Shown here: positions 17,050 to 26,264 of the stretch, in pieces
Layout of the letters: every line of letters begins with the position of its first letter
How positions within the stretch are numbered: the stretch's first letter is position 1
NCBI GenBank assembly: GCA_016716005.1
Contig: JADJXE010000001.1
Span: 655,011 to 719,010 of the forward strand
Reading direction: 5' to 3'
Length of the DNA stretch: 64,000 bases
DNA from: Acidimicrobiales bacterium
Lineage (GTDB): Bacteria; Actinomycetota; Acidimicrobiia; Acidimicrobiales; JADJXE01
Position numbers and translations under genes: made by a program
Notes under the pieces: generated by a model
What the model saw: the letters and a program-made list of their open reading frames with translations, nothing else
Databases searched by the model: none
What the model was told of the DNA's origin: nothing

Positions 17050-17103
17050 CCCGTTCTGTGCACGGGCAGGGCCGGGAGACGGCCGTTGCCACGCGCAGAA
17101 CGC
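17050..17103. repeat. REP-like palindromic element, copy 3 (imperfect)
   Basis: CCGTTCTGTGCACG (17051-17064) ... ACGCGCAGAACG (17091-17102). It lies between convergent genes. Confidence 0.65.
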
Positions 17104-17149
17104 CGGGCCACACGGAGCGCTCCCGCCGGCGCGCCGGGCCACCCGCCCG

Positions 17150-17791
17150 TCACAGCACCCGCAGGGCGTCCACCACATCGAGCTCGCGGCGGCTGAGCGC
17201 CCGCAGCACGGCCACCCGCCCGTGCCGGACGACCGCCGCGCCCACCAGCACCTGGATGGCCTCGTCGAGGGCGGCCCACGGCACCTGGGCCGTCGGGTCA
17301 CCCAGCCCGGGCACCGAACGCCCGAGGTCGTCGACGTGGACGCACACCTCGACCAGGCGGGTCCGGAGGTACTCGTCGAGCAGGAGGGGACGGCCCAGGG
17401 CCTCCAACCGCCGGTCGGGCGGCTCCACGTCGAGGCGCACCCGCAGCGCGGCGAGGGCCTCGGCCGCCAGGGCGGCCACACCCGCCGCGCCGGTCGCCGC
17501 CGCCTCGTCGGCCCGAGCCCGCACCCCCACGTTGAGAGCCGAGTCGGGCTCGGCCGTGCCCTCCAGGTCCCCGTAGTACGCGTCGGCACCGATCGGGTCG
17601 CCCTCCGGCGGCGGCCCGTCGAGGTACCAGCCCACCTGCAGCACCGAACGGGCCAGGTGGGCGGCCAGGGCACCCACCGTCAGGGGCGGCACGGCGCTCG
17701 GCTCGTGCCAGGCAGCCGCCACCTCCGGGCGGCCGAGGACGCCCACGGCCAGACCGGCGGCGGCCAGGTAGGTGGCCCGCACACCGCTCAC
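17150..17791 (-). CDS. DinB/mycothiol-dependent maleylpyruvate-isomerase-N-terminal-domain family protein
   Basis: ORF 17150..17791. Composition and length fit this actinobacterial family (TIGR03083-like). The assignment is from memory. Confidence 0.65.
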   Translation of the reverse strand: MSGVRATYLAAAGLAVGVLGRPEVAAAWHEPSAVPPLTVGALAAHLARSVLQVGWYLDGPPPEGDPIGADAYYGDLEGTAEPDSALNVGVRARADEAAATGAAGVAALAAEALAALRVRLDVEPPDRRLEALGRPLLLDEYLRTRLVEVCVHVDDLGRSVPGLGDPTAQVPWAALDEAIQVLVGAAVVRHGRVAVLRALSRRELDVVDALRVL

Positions 17792-18009
17792 GGGCCGGGC
17801 ACCCGGCAGGCGTCGGCCGACAGGGGCACCGCAGGCGCCTCGTCGTCGAGGCCGAGGGCGTCGAGGGGCCCGAGGGCCCGGGCCGCCGCCCGCAGGTGGA
17901 GGTCGGAGCCGAGCGCCCCAGCCGCCGTCGCCGTCGCCGCCGCCCGACGATCGCGTGGCGCGCGGGCCGGCCGGTGGTGCTGCAGCCGTGTGTCGACGAT
18001 GCCTGTCAC
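17788..18009 (-). CDS. candidate small ORF (73 aa) translationally coupled to the DinB-like gene
   Basis: Within ORF 17788..18249, starting at GTG 18009. About 89% G/C at third codon positions. Its TGA stop overlaps the GTG start of the downstream gene (GTGA at 17788-17791). No homology recognised. Confidence 0.3.
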   Translation of the reverse strand: MTGIVDTRLQHHRPARAPRDRRAAATATAAGALGSDLHLRAAARALGPLDALGLDDEAPAVPLSADACRVPGP

Positions 18010-18016
18010 GAGCCCA

Positions 18017-19015
18017 TCATGGCGACCCGCCGCGTGAGGGAGCCGGCAGCTCGACCTGCTCCTCCGGCACCAGCTCCAAGCGGACGCTGACATCGGCCAG
18101 GCCGGCGTCGTCCAGCGCGGTGCGGAGCGCGTCGGGGTCGGGCGACGGCAGCGGGCCCCGGGCCCGCACCACCATGGCGCCCTCGGTCGAATCGACGGTG
18201 GCGATCCGCCACCCCGCCGGCCCCGCCCAGTCTCGGGCCACGTTGGCAACCTCGCCTCGGCGCACGGTGTCGCTGGCGACCCGCACGCTCGTCGCGGCCA
18301 GCGGCACGCTGACGGCCACCACCATCACGACCACCACCAGCACCGCCCGGCGGCGGCTCACCGGCTTCAGGATCTGGGACCTGGACGCGGCCCGGGGCAC
18401 CCGGTAGAGGGCCATCACCACCACGCCGCTCAGCAGGATCGCGGCCACGTTGGTGAGGAACAGCAGCAGGGCACCGAGGGACTGCGAGGGCGCGCCTCCC
18501 TCGAGGGTGAGGCCCACCACCGCCAGCGGGGGCACCAGGGAGATGGCGATGGCCACGCCCGGCAGCGTGTCGGACACGTCGTCCCGCACCAGGGCGAAGG
18601 CGCCGACCGCGCCGGTGGCCAGGGCCGCGATCAGGTCGACCAGCCGGGGGCTCACCCGCGACGAAACCTGCGAGCTGGTGACCGCGACGACGTCGACCGG
18701 CGCCATCTTCCCGAACATCCAACCGAGGACGATCACCAGCGCGGCGCCGCCGACCACCAGCACGACGCTGCGAGCGAGGTTGGCCCGGTCGGCGACCACG
18801 ATGGCCAGCACGATGCCGATGATCGGCGTCATCAGCGGGGCGACGATCATGGCGCCGATGACCGTGGCCGTGGAGTCGGCGGCCACGCCGGCCGAGGCGA
18901 TCACCGCGGAGAGGGCCAGCAGCACCCAGAAGCGGCTCAGTTTGCGGCCCCGGTCGGGGCCGTCGAAGAACTGCTCTCGCATGCGGGCCAGCTGGGCGTC
19001 GGCGACAGCGGGCAC
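18017..19015 (-). CDS. DUF389-family integral membrane protein
   Basis: Within ORF 18017..19141. VIGAMIVAPLMTPI..., multiple TM helices. GTG at 19015 is preceded by GGGGAGGG; an alternative ATG lies at 18982. Confidence 0.75.
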   Translation of the reverse strand: MPAVADAQLARMREQFFDGPDRGRKLSRFWVLLALSAVIASAGVAADSTATVIGAMIVAPLMTPIIGIVLAIVVADRANLARSVVLVVGGAALVIVLGWMFGKMAPVDVVAVTSSQVSSRVSPRLVDLIAALATGAVGAFALVRDDVSDTLPGVAIAISLVPPLAVVGLTLEGGAPSQSLGALLLFLTNVAAILLSGVVVMALYRVPRAASRSQILKPVSRRRAVLVVVVMVVAVSVPLAATSVRVASDTVRRGEVANVARDWAGPAGWRIATVDSTEGAMVVRARGPLPSPDPDALRTALDDAGLADVSVRLELVPEEQVELPAPSRGGSP

Positions 19016-19265
19016 GTCTCGTCCCTCCCCGGTCAGGGGCGGCTCGGCGCGAGCCGCCCGACCCGCACAGCATGGGACCCGGCTGGCCCGAGGTGGCGCA
19101 TGGTGCCGACGTCGGCCCGCCGCGCGCCGGCGACGGCTCACCCGTCGTTGGCGCGATCGAGACCAGACGACGCCGAACCTGCGCGCGTCGACGCCCCCTC
19201 ACACGTCGTCGGCGCGATGCAGACGAGGACGGCGCCGGCGTGCACCGTCACGGTGGTGCCCTGCG

Positions 19266-21050
19266 TCAGGGCCCGGCTGCGGGCGAGCCGGGCGGTGGCG
19301 GGTAGTCGGGCGGCGTGTCCTCCGGCGGCAGCACGTCGAACGACGTCACCGACCCCTCCACCACGAATGGGGCCGGCGCCGGCGCATCGACGGCCGTGAA
19401 CCGCTCGGCCCCCCGGGCCCTGCGCCACATGCCGGTGCCGGTGCGACCGATCTCGTCCTCGCCCACAGCGGCGGCATCCCACCAGATCTCGACCGAGTCG
19501 TCGATCCCCTGGTGGTCGGGCGCGTCGAAGAAGCCCCATGCGCCCCAGCTGACCTGCGGGGTCGTGGGCCCGCCCCCGGCGGGCGGGAGGCGGAACAGGC
19601 CGCGGGAGAAGGTCTCGGGCGTGAGATCCGGGCCCGCCATGTGGATCCCCGCGGCCAGGAGCTCGGCCGGGGGCTCCAGCAGCCCGTACTGGGCCAGAGC
19701 CGGGGGCTCGCTCCCGGCCCCGAAGTACCACGGCCACAGCCGCCACGACGTCTGGAGGGCCTGCGGAGTCGGCGCGCCCAGGTTCGACAGGCCGAAGGCG
19801 TGGGTCATCTGCTGCTGGTCGTACTGGCGGGCCATCACGTTGGTGTCGGTCAGGGCGGTGCCGGTGAACACCCACTCGGGGAAGTAGCCCTGCTCGGTGG
19901 CGGACCGGGTGAGGTAGATCGGCATGATCGGGTCGCCGAGGAACAGCACGGTGGTGATCTGCTCGGCCTTCAGCCTGGCCACCAGGTCGGCCGCCTTCTC
20001 GGGCATGGTCGCCAGGTTGAACAGGTACGTCTCCCGCAGGGCGTAGTCCTCGCCCTCGGCCGCCTGCTCGTCGGCGGTGCCCTCGAAGATCGGCGGGTCC
20101 TGCTCGAAGTGGATCACGCCGACCTTGCGGGGGCTGGCCCGCACGGCGGGGTCGCCGGCGAACTCGGCCGTGGCCGCCACGTCGTCGCCGGCCTGGTCCA
20201 GCCAGGCGCCCAACGTCTGCAGGAACTGGTCGGCCGACGGCGCCGCGTCCCACAGGTAGGGGGCGTTCTCCTGGACCAGGCGGTCGGGCGCCGCGCCGGC
20301 GCAGCCCACACACAGGATCTGGCGGGCCGCCAGCTCCTCGGCGAAGGCGCCCCGGTCGAGGCCGGGTCCCCCGACCACCGCGAACGGCTGGAGCTCCTCG
20401 GCGATGGTGACGGCGTCGGCCCGGGCCGCCACCTCGTCGTCGCCCGCCCCCGTGCCGGCGTACTCCACGATCTCCAGGCGCCGACCGTACGTCTCGGAGC
20501 GCGAGGTGTAGATGCGGGCGTAGCCCTGGAGAGTCGCCAGCTGCGCCTCGGGCGTGTCCTCGAGGCCGGCCCCGGTGAGCAGCGAGGCCAGGTCGGCGCT
20601 GCCGGTGGCCCGGTAGCGCACCACGCGGACGGTGTCCGCCGTGACACCCCGGTGGGTCGCCCCCCCGTTGTCGCCGCTGAACACCGGCACGCACGGCACC
20701 GCGTACACGGTGGGGAGGGCGACCCGGCCCGTGTCGGGGTCGCACCGGTCGCCCCAGTCGAGCTCGTCTGCGGTGCCGGCCTCGACCGCCTCGGCGTACG
20801 TCACCGGCATCCGCCCGACGGGCTCTGGCGCCCCCACTGCCGCGTCGCCCGCCGCTGCGTCACCGTCCTCCTCGGTCCCGACGGCGCTCGACCCGACCGT
20901 CCGGGCGTCGCCGGCGGCGCCCCCCTCGGGATCGTCGACCACCACCAGCACGGCCACGGCGAGCAGGGCGGCCAGGATCAGCACCAGCGGGCCCCAGCGC
21001 CGCACCTGGGTGGCGGCGTCGCTGGCGGGACGGTCGGTGGCCGGTCGCAT
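19266..21050 (-). CDS. large TM-anchored periplasmic-binding-protein-like component of Liv-type locus 1
   Basis: Within ORF 19266..21572. ATG at 21050 (MRPATDRPAS) forms an ATGA overlap with the upstream stop. N-terminal TM helix WGPLVLILAALLAVAVLVVV. The binding-fold call is tentative. Confidence 0.65.
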   Translation of the reverse strand: MRPATDRPASDAATQVRRWGPLVLILAALLAVAVLVVVDDPEGGAAGDARTVGSSAVGTEEDGDAAAGDAAVGAPEPVGRMPVTYAEAVEAGTADELDWGDRCDPDTGRVALPTVYAVPCVPVFSGDNGGATHRGVTADTVRVVRYRATGSADLASLLTGAGLEDTPEAQLATLQGYARIYTSRSETYGRRLEIVEYAGTGAGDDEVAARADAVTIAEELQPFAVVGGPGLDRGAFAEELAARQILCVGCAGAAPDRLVQENAPYLWDAAPSADQFLQTLGAWLDQAGDDVAATAEFAGDPAVRASPRKVGVIHFEQDPPIFEGTADEQAAEGEDYALRETYLFNLATMPEKAADLVARLKAEQITTVLFLGDPIMPIYLTRSATEQGYFPEWVFTGTALTDTNVMARQYDQQQMTHAFGLSNLGAPTPQALQTSWRLWPWYFGAGSEPPALAQYGLLEPPAELLAAGIHMAGPDLTPETFSRGLFRLPPAGGGPTTPQVSWGAWGFFDAPDHQGIDDSVEIWWDAAAVGEDEIGRTGTGMWRRARGAERFTAVDAPAPAPFVVEGSVTSFDVLPPEDTPPDYPPPPGSPAAGP

Positions 21051-24000
21051 CAACCCTGGCTCCTCTGCGCGTCGGGCCCGGCCGCGGGCCCGGGGAGGGC
21101 GCCGCTGCGGGCGATCAGGGCCTCGGTCGTGCCGAGGTACGACGCGACCACCGCCGGGTCGTGCAGCACGGTCGCGGCCGGGCCCTCGGCGACCACCAGG
21201 CCCCGGTCGAGGGCGACCAGCCGGTCGGCCACCGAGGTCACGAGAGGCATGTCGTGCTCGATGAGCAGCAGGCTCGCGCCGAGCTCGTCGCGCAGGCGCA
21301 GCAGCACCGGGCCGAGGGCCTCGGCCTCGCGCTGGGCGATCCCGCTCGACGGCTCGTCGAGCAGGACGACCGACGGCTGGTGGGCCACCAGGCAGGCCAG
21401 GTCGACGATGCGGCGCGAGCCGGTGGACAGCTCGTGCACGAAGGCGCCCCGGTGGTCGCCCAGCCCGAACAGCTCGACCAGCTCGGCGACCCGCCGGGCC
21501 ACGTCGTCCTCGGCGTCGAAGGCGGCCGGGAGGTGCAGGGCCGCCTCCAGCGGGTCGCGCACCGCCACCCACCGCTCGAGAGCGACGGCGATGGCCTGCT
21601 CGACGGTGAGCGCCGGGAACAGGGCGGCGTCCTGGAACGAGCGCCCCAGGCCCAGGCGGGCGCGCCGGTGCGGCGCCAGGTCGGACACGTCGACGCCCCC
21701 CAGCCGCACCCGCCCGGCGTCGAGGGACGTGAAGCCGCTCACCAGGTCGAACAGCGTGGTCTTGCCCGCGCCGTTGGGCCCGATGAGCCCGACGATCTCA
21801 CCGGGGGCCACCATGAGCGACACGTCGCCCACCGCCTGGACGCCCCCGAACGAGCGGGACACCTCGACCAGCTCGAGCGCTGGCACCAGCTCGAGCGCGG
21901 GAGACAGCTCGAGGGCGGGCGGCACCTCGAGGGCGGGCGGCACCTCGCGGGTGGGCCCCCCGCCGCCCGGACGCGCCCGGCGCGGGCGCGAGGCCCCGAC
22001 CCCGCCGGTGCGGGCGGATGCGCCCTCGAGGAACACCGAGCGCAGCACGTCGGGCCGCTCCAGCAGCTCGAGGGTGGGGCCGTGGAAGCGGATCTCGCCC
22101 TTCTCCATGAAGTACGCCTCGTCGGCCAGGGTGAGGGCCACGTTCACCGACTGCTCCACCGCCACCACCGTGGTCCCCTGGTCGCGCAGGGCCCGCACCA
22201 TGGGCACCAGCTGCTCCACCACCGCGGGGGCCAGCCCCAGCGACAGCTCGTCGAGGAGCAGCAGCGTGGGCGGCCGCAGGAACGCCATGCCCAGGGCCAG
22301 CATCTGCTGCTGGCCGCCCGACAGGTCGGCGGCCGGCTCGTGCAGCCGCTCGCGCAGCACGGGGAAGGCGGCCAGCACGTGCTCGGTGCGCTCCGCCAGG
22401 CGGCGGCGGTGGTGGCGGTCGAGCCACCCAGCGGCCCGCAGGTTCTCGGCCACGGTGAGCGAGCGGAAGACGGCCTGCCCGCCGGGCACCATGCTCACCC
22501 CACGGGCCGCGACCTCGTGGGGTGGCGCGTGGGTGATGTCGCGGCCGTCGAGGATCACCGCCCCCCGGTCGGCCTGCACCACCCCGCAGACGGCCCGCAG
22601 CAGCGTGGACTTGCCGGCCCCGTTCGTGCCGAGCAGGGCCACGATCTCCCCCTCGTCCACCTCGAGGTCGACGCCGAACAGCACCTGCACCCCGCCGTAC
22701 GACACGTCGAGGCCCCGCACCAGCAGGAGCTTGGCGCGCCCCCGGCGCCGCTCGTGCAGCACCTCGGCCCGCGCCGACGCCGCGGTCCACACGTCGACGA
22801 TGTCGCGCTGCACAAGCCCGCCGGCCGAGGCGATGGCCAGCCCGCCGCCGAGGAAGACCGGCACCATGGCCGTCATCCCCCAGCGGATCCCCCACGCGTC
22901 GCCGATGGCCCCGATCAGGGGCACGACCACGAGCCCGGGCAGGATGAACACCGACCCCATGGAGAAGCCCATGGCCCGCGCCCGCGGCGGGATCGCCAAC
23001 GAGAGGGCCGCGAAGATGCCGGGCAGCACGAAGGCGAGCCCGGCGGTGATCACCACGTTGGCCGCCACCGCCACCACCACGTTGGGCGACCAGGCGAACA
23101 CCAGCGACATGGCCGTGACCACGAGGATCACCTTGGCCAGCAGCCCGAACAGGGCGCCCGGGTCCCGGCCGAAGGCGCGCATGCCGAGGCGCGCCCCGAC
23201 GATCAGCCCGACCAGCTGGAAGGGCTCGGTGAGCGACGCCAGGAGCCCGCGAGCCTGCTCGTCGAGCCCGAACTCGTCGTTGTAGAGGAACGCCGCGAAC
23301 GTGAGGAACCCCACCAGCGCCGGGGCGAGGAAGGGCAGGGTGCGGTAGATGCGCCGGAGGCTGTCGATCTTCCAGCACATCCGCCAGGCCTCCGCGAACG
23401 ACGGCGCCTCCTCCTCGGTGGCGATCACGTCGTCGCTGGCCCCGGCCGCCCGCCGCTCCTGCGCCCCCCGCACCGGCTCGTGCAGCCGCAGGCCCAGGAG
23501 CACCAGCACCAGCGTCGGCACGGCGAAGACCACGAACGGCGCACGCCACCCGAAGGCCCCGGCGATGAGCCCCGCTGTCAGCGGCCCGACGAACTGGCCC
23601 ACGGCGTTGGCGGCCCGGTGGAACGAGTAGATGCGGGGGCGCACCCCAACCGGGAAGTAGTCGGCCAGCAGCGAGTTGTGGGTGGGGTCGATCACCGCCT
23701 TGCCGATCGACACCCCGGCCAGCATGGTGGTCAGCATCCACACCGACACCGACAGGCCAAGGCCCACCTGGAACACCACCAGCAGCAGCCCGCCCAGCAC
23801 GGCCAGGTGCACCCGGTTGCCCCGGTCGGCCAGCGCCGCCACCGGCACGGTGAGGGCCAGCGAGGCGGCCAGGGCCAGCGCGACGACCACCGAGATGCCC
23901 CCGATGCCGATGTCGAAGTGCTCGGCGATGTTCGGGCTCAGCACCCCGAAGGCCGAGCGGCCCAGCTCGTCGACCGCGTTCAGGCCGAAGAGCACCGCCA

Positions 24001-24088
24001 GGGCGAACACGGGCCCGTCGCCGCACAGGGCGCGCAGCCGGCGCACCGGGTGGCGGACGGCGCCGGCCGGCCCGCGCCCGGCCCTCAC
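21050..24088 (-). CDS. MFS-domain / LivF-like ATPase / LivG-like ATPase triple-fusion protein (1012 aa)
   Basis: A single frame of ORF 21050..26305, with GTG at 24088 forming a GTGA overlap with the permease stop. N-terminal ~440 aa are a 12-TM MFS-like domain (LADRGNRV motif). Then NBD1 (GTNGAGKSTLL, LSGGQQQMLALGMAF, LLLDELSLGLAP) and NBD2 (GPNGAGKTTLF, LSTGSRRIVDLA, LLDEPSSGI). Confidence 0.8.
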   Translation of the reverse strand: MRAGRGPAGAVRHPVRRLRALCGDGPVFALAVLFGLNAVDELGRSAFGVLSPNIAEHFDIGIGGISVVVALALAASLALTVPVAALADRGNRVHLAVLGGLLLVVFQVGLGLSVSVWMLTTMLAGVSIGKAVIDPTHNSLLADYFPVGVRPRIYSFHRAANAVGQFVGPLTAGLIAGAFGWRAPFVVFAVPTLVLVLLGLRLHEPVRGAQERRAAGASDDVIATEEEAPSFAEAWRMCWKIDSLRRIYRTLPFLAPALVGFLTFAAFLYNDEFGLDEQARGLLASLTEPFQLVGLIVGARLGMRAFGRDPGALFGLLAKVILVVTAMSLVFAWSPNVVVAVAANVVITAGLAFVLPGIFAALSLAIPPRARAMGFSMGSVFILPGLVVVPLIGAIGDAWGIRWGMTAMVPVFLGGGLAIASAGGLVQRDIVDVWTAASARAEVLHERRRGRAKLLLVRGLDVSYGGVQVLFGVDLEVDEGEIVALLGTNGAGKSTLLRAVCGVVQADRGAVILDGRDITHAPPHEVAARGVSMVPGGQAVFRSLTVAENLRAAGWLDRHHRRRLAERTEHVLAAFPVLRERLHEPAADLSGGQQQMLALGMAFLRPPTLLLLDELSLGLAPAVVEQLVPMVRALRDQGTTVVAVEQSVNVALTLADEAYFMEKGEIRFHGPTLELLERPDVLRSVFLEGASARTGGVGASRPRRARPGGGGPTREVPPALEVPPALELSPALELVPALELVEVSRSFGGVQAVGDVSLMVAPGEIVGLIGPNGAGKTTLFDLVSGFTSLDAGRVRLGGVDVSDLAPHRRARLGLGRSFQDAALFPALTVEQAIAVALERWVAVRDPLEAALHLPAAFDAEDDVARRVAELVELFGLGDHRGAFVHELSTGSRRIVDLACLVAHQPSVVLLDEPSSGIAQREAEALGPVLLRLRDELGASLLLIEHDMPLVTSVADRLVALDRGLVVAEGPAATVLHDPAVVASYLGTTEALIARSGALPGPAAGPDAQRSQG
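21860..21957. repeat. 18-bp in-frame tandem repeat (about 5 units) in the inter-NBD linker
   Basis: CTCGAG/CTCGCG anchors occur at 21872, 21890, 21908, 21926 and 21944, an exact period of 18. Encodes PPALEVPPALELSPALELVPALELV. Confidence 0.85.
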
Positions 24089-26160
24089 CGGCCCGCCTCC
24101 CGGCGGCGGGCCACCCATCGCAGGCCTGCGTCGCGCACCTGGTACACGAGGCCGCCGAGGCCGCCGGGCACCACCCACAGCACCACCAGCACGCCCACGG
24201 CCGAGGCCACCAGCCGCCAGTCGCCGGGCAGGAACCACTGGCCGCCCTTCATGAACACGGCGCCCAGGGCGGCTCCGAGCATCGAGCCCAGCCCGCCCAC
24301 CACGGCCGCGGTGAACACGAGCAGGTTCTCCTCCGGTGCCACCAGACCGAGGCTGAACCCCTGGTTGTGGTGGGCCAGCAGGGTGCCGGCCACCGCCGCG
24401 AGGAAGCCCGACAGGGCGAAGGCGAACAGCTTCACCCGCACCACGGGGACGCCGTAGGCCTGGGCGCCCTGCTCGTTCTCGCGCAGGGCCACCAGCGCCC
24501 GGCCGGTGCGGCTGCGGCGGATCCCGAGCAGCCCGGCGGCCACCAGCACCAGCACGCCGAGCGAGAGGTGGTACACGCCGGCCGGCGAGTCCCACCCGAC
24601 CCGCCCGAGCAGCGGCGGCCGGCCGATGCGCTGCACCGGCACCCACGACCAGAACTGGCGGTTCAGGAAGTACGACGTGGTCGCCAGGGCGAAGGCGAGG
24701 GTGGTGACGGCCAGGTACAGGCCCCGCAGGCGCAGCGCGGGCAGCCCGACCAGGACGGCCACGCCCGCCCCTGCCAGCCCGGCCAGCGGCAGGGCGAGGG
24801 CGAGGTCGAGGCCCCAGTCGGCCGTCGCCTTGGCCCCCACGGCGGCCCCCACCGCCACGAAGCCCATCTGCCCGAGCGAGACCTGGCCCGCCCACCCGGT
24901 GAGCACCACGATCGACAGCAGCACGATCGTGAAGATCACGACCGCCCCGGCCTTCAGCGTGTCGCCGGGCCCGAGCCACCGCGGCAGGGCGAGCAGCAGG
25001 CCGACCACGGCCGCCAGCCCGGCCCAGTGCGCCACCCGGACCCACAGGTCCCGCCGGAGCTCCTGCGGCACCGGACGGACCTCGTCGGCCGCGGGCCACG
25101 ACGCCCCGGTGTCGCGCTCGGCCCGGCTCGTGCCGGGTCGCTGGACCAGCAGGGCGACCACGATCACCAGGCCGAGCACGGGCGGCACCAGCAGGTCCGA
25201 GTCGAGGCCGAGCGTGAACGACGCCGGGCCCCACCCCACCGTCAGGGCGTCGTTCCACACGACCCCCCGCTCGAGCAGGCCCAGGGCCACCGCGCTGGCC
25301 ACCACCGCGCCCAGGTGCGTCAGCCGGCCGAGGGTCAGCGCGGCCAGGGCGCTCAACAGCACCGTGAACCCGACCGCGGGCCCGAGGGGCAGGCCGAACA
25401 CGCCCGCCCGCAGGAACAGCGACAGGAACGACAGCAGCGCGGCCAGCGCCCACACGTAGGTGTGCAGGCGCCCCACCGGGATGCCGAGCAGGGCCGCCCG
25501 GTCGGCGCGCTCGGCCGACGCCCGCACGGCGACCCCGACGTCGGTGCGCCGCAGCAGCACCGCCACGGCCACCAGCGCGAGGGGGGCCAGCACCAGCACC
25601 AGCACGTCGTCGGCGAAGAAGACCTGGCTGCCCATGGTGAGCCGCCACCCGAACGGCGCGTCGATGCGCTGGGTCACGTCGGTCTCGTCCCACAGCCGCG
25701 GCACGAGCAGGGCCAGGAAGGCCAGCAGCTGCGAGAGGCCGATGGTGGCGACGGTGAGGATCATCCGGGGCGCCCGGAAGAACCGCCGGATCACGGCCAG
25801 CTCGACCACCGCCCCCAGGGCGACCGCGGCCACGGCACCGACGCCCAGAGCGGGCAGGTACGCCAGGCCGCCCAGGTTCACCAGGCTCACGGCCAGGGTG
25901 GTGGGCACCAGGCCGAGGTCTCCCTGGGCGAAGTTGAGGATCCGGTTGGCCCGGTACACCAGGGCCATGCCCAGGGCCAGCAGGGCGGTGAGCAGGCCGA
26001 GCACCAGGCCCACCACCACCTGGCCGGCCGGGAGGGGCAGGAGCAGCTGCTGGACCACCACGATGGCGGCCGCCGGGGCGAGGGAGCGGGCGGCGCCGAC
26101 CAGCACGGCCGGGTCGACCCGCCGGCCGGCCGCCGGCACGGCCACGCCCACGCTGCTCAC
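24085..26160 (-). CDS. fused LivH-LivM-like branched-chain-type ABC permease (691 aa)
   Basis: Within ORF 24085..26313. GTG at 26160 follows GGAGG. Two permease halves: ...YRANRILNFAQGDLG... and ...LTGWAGQVSLGQMGF... Confidence 0.85.
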   Translation of the reverse strand: MSSVGVAVPAAGRRVDPAVLVGAARSLAPAAAIVVVQQLLLPLPAGQVVVGLVLGLLTALLALGMALVYRANRILNFAQGDLGLVPTTLAVSLVNLGGLAYLPALGVGAVAAVALGAVVELAVIRRFFRAPRMILTVATIGLSQLLAFLALLVPRLWDETDVTQRIDAPFGWRLTMGSQVFFADDVLVLVLAPLALVAVAVLLRRTDVGVAVRASAERADRAALLGIPVGRLHTYVWALAALLSFLSLFLRAGVFGLPLGPAVGFTVLLSALAALTLGRLTHLGAVVASAVALGLLERGVVWNDALTVGWGPASFTLGLDSDLLVPPVLGLVIVVALLVQRPGTSRAERDTGASWPAADEVRPVPQELRRDLWVRVAHWAGLAAVVGLLLALPRWLGPGDTLKAGAVVIFTIVLLSIVVLTGWAGQVSLGQMGFVAVGAAVGAKATADWGLDLALALPLAGLAGAGVAVLVGLPALRLRGLYLAVTTLAFALATTSYFLNRQFWSWVPVQRIGRPPLLGRVGWDSPAGVYHLSLGVLVLVAAGLLGIRRSRTGRALVALRENEQGAQAYGVPVVRVKLFAFALSGFLAAVAGTLLAHHNQGFSLGLVAPEENLLVFTAAVVGGLGSMLGAALGAVFMKGGQWFLPGDWRLVASAVGVLVVLWVVPGGLGGLVYQVRDAGLRWVARRREAGR

Positions 26161-26237
26161 CCCGCGGCCTCCAGCCGGGCCCGTGCGGGGCAGCGCGCCG
26201 ACCGGGCCACCGCCGGGGACACGAGCACCGCGCCCGG

Positions 26238-26264
26238 GGCCTCGCCTCCGGGGAGGTCGAGGCC
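26238..26264 (-). terminator. strong GC hairpin downstream of the 26366..27133 gene and upstream of Liv locus 1
   Basis: GGCCTCGCCTCC GG GGAGGTCGAGGCC gives 12 paired positions with one bulge. There is no U-tract, so terminator function is inferred only. Confidence 0.3.

Noticed and set aside
18450-23285. 1611-aa plus-strand ORF, the longest in the track
   Set aside because: It is antisense to DUF389 and the Liv locus 1 genes. Its composition is Arg/Pro/Ser/Ala-rich low complexity with no motifs. This is the typical shadow ORF of high-G+C DNA. The same reasoning rejects 1921..3966 (upstream of 3514), 12863..16096, 13722..15566, 24367..26961, 29239..32574, 8160..9842, 41586..43688, 60899..62635 and similar ORFs.
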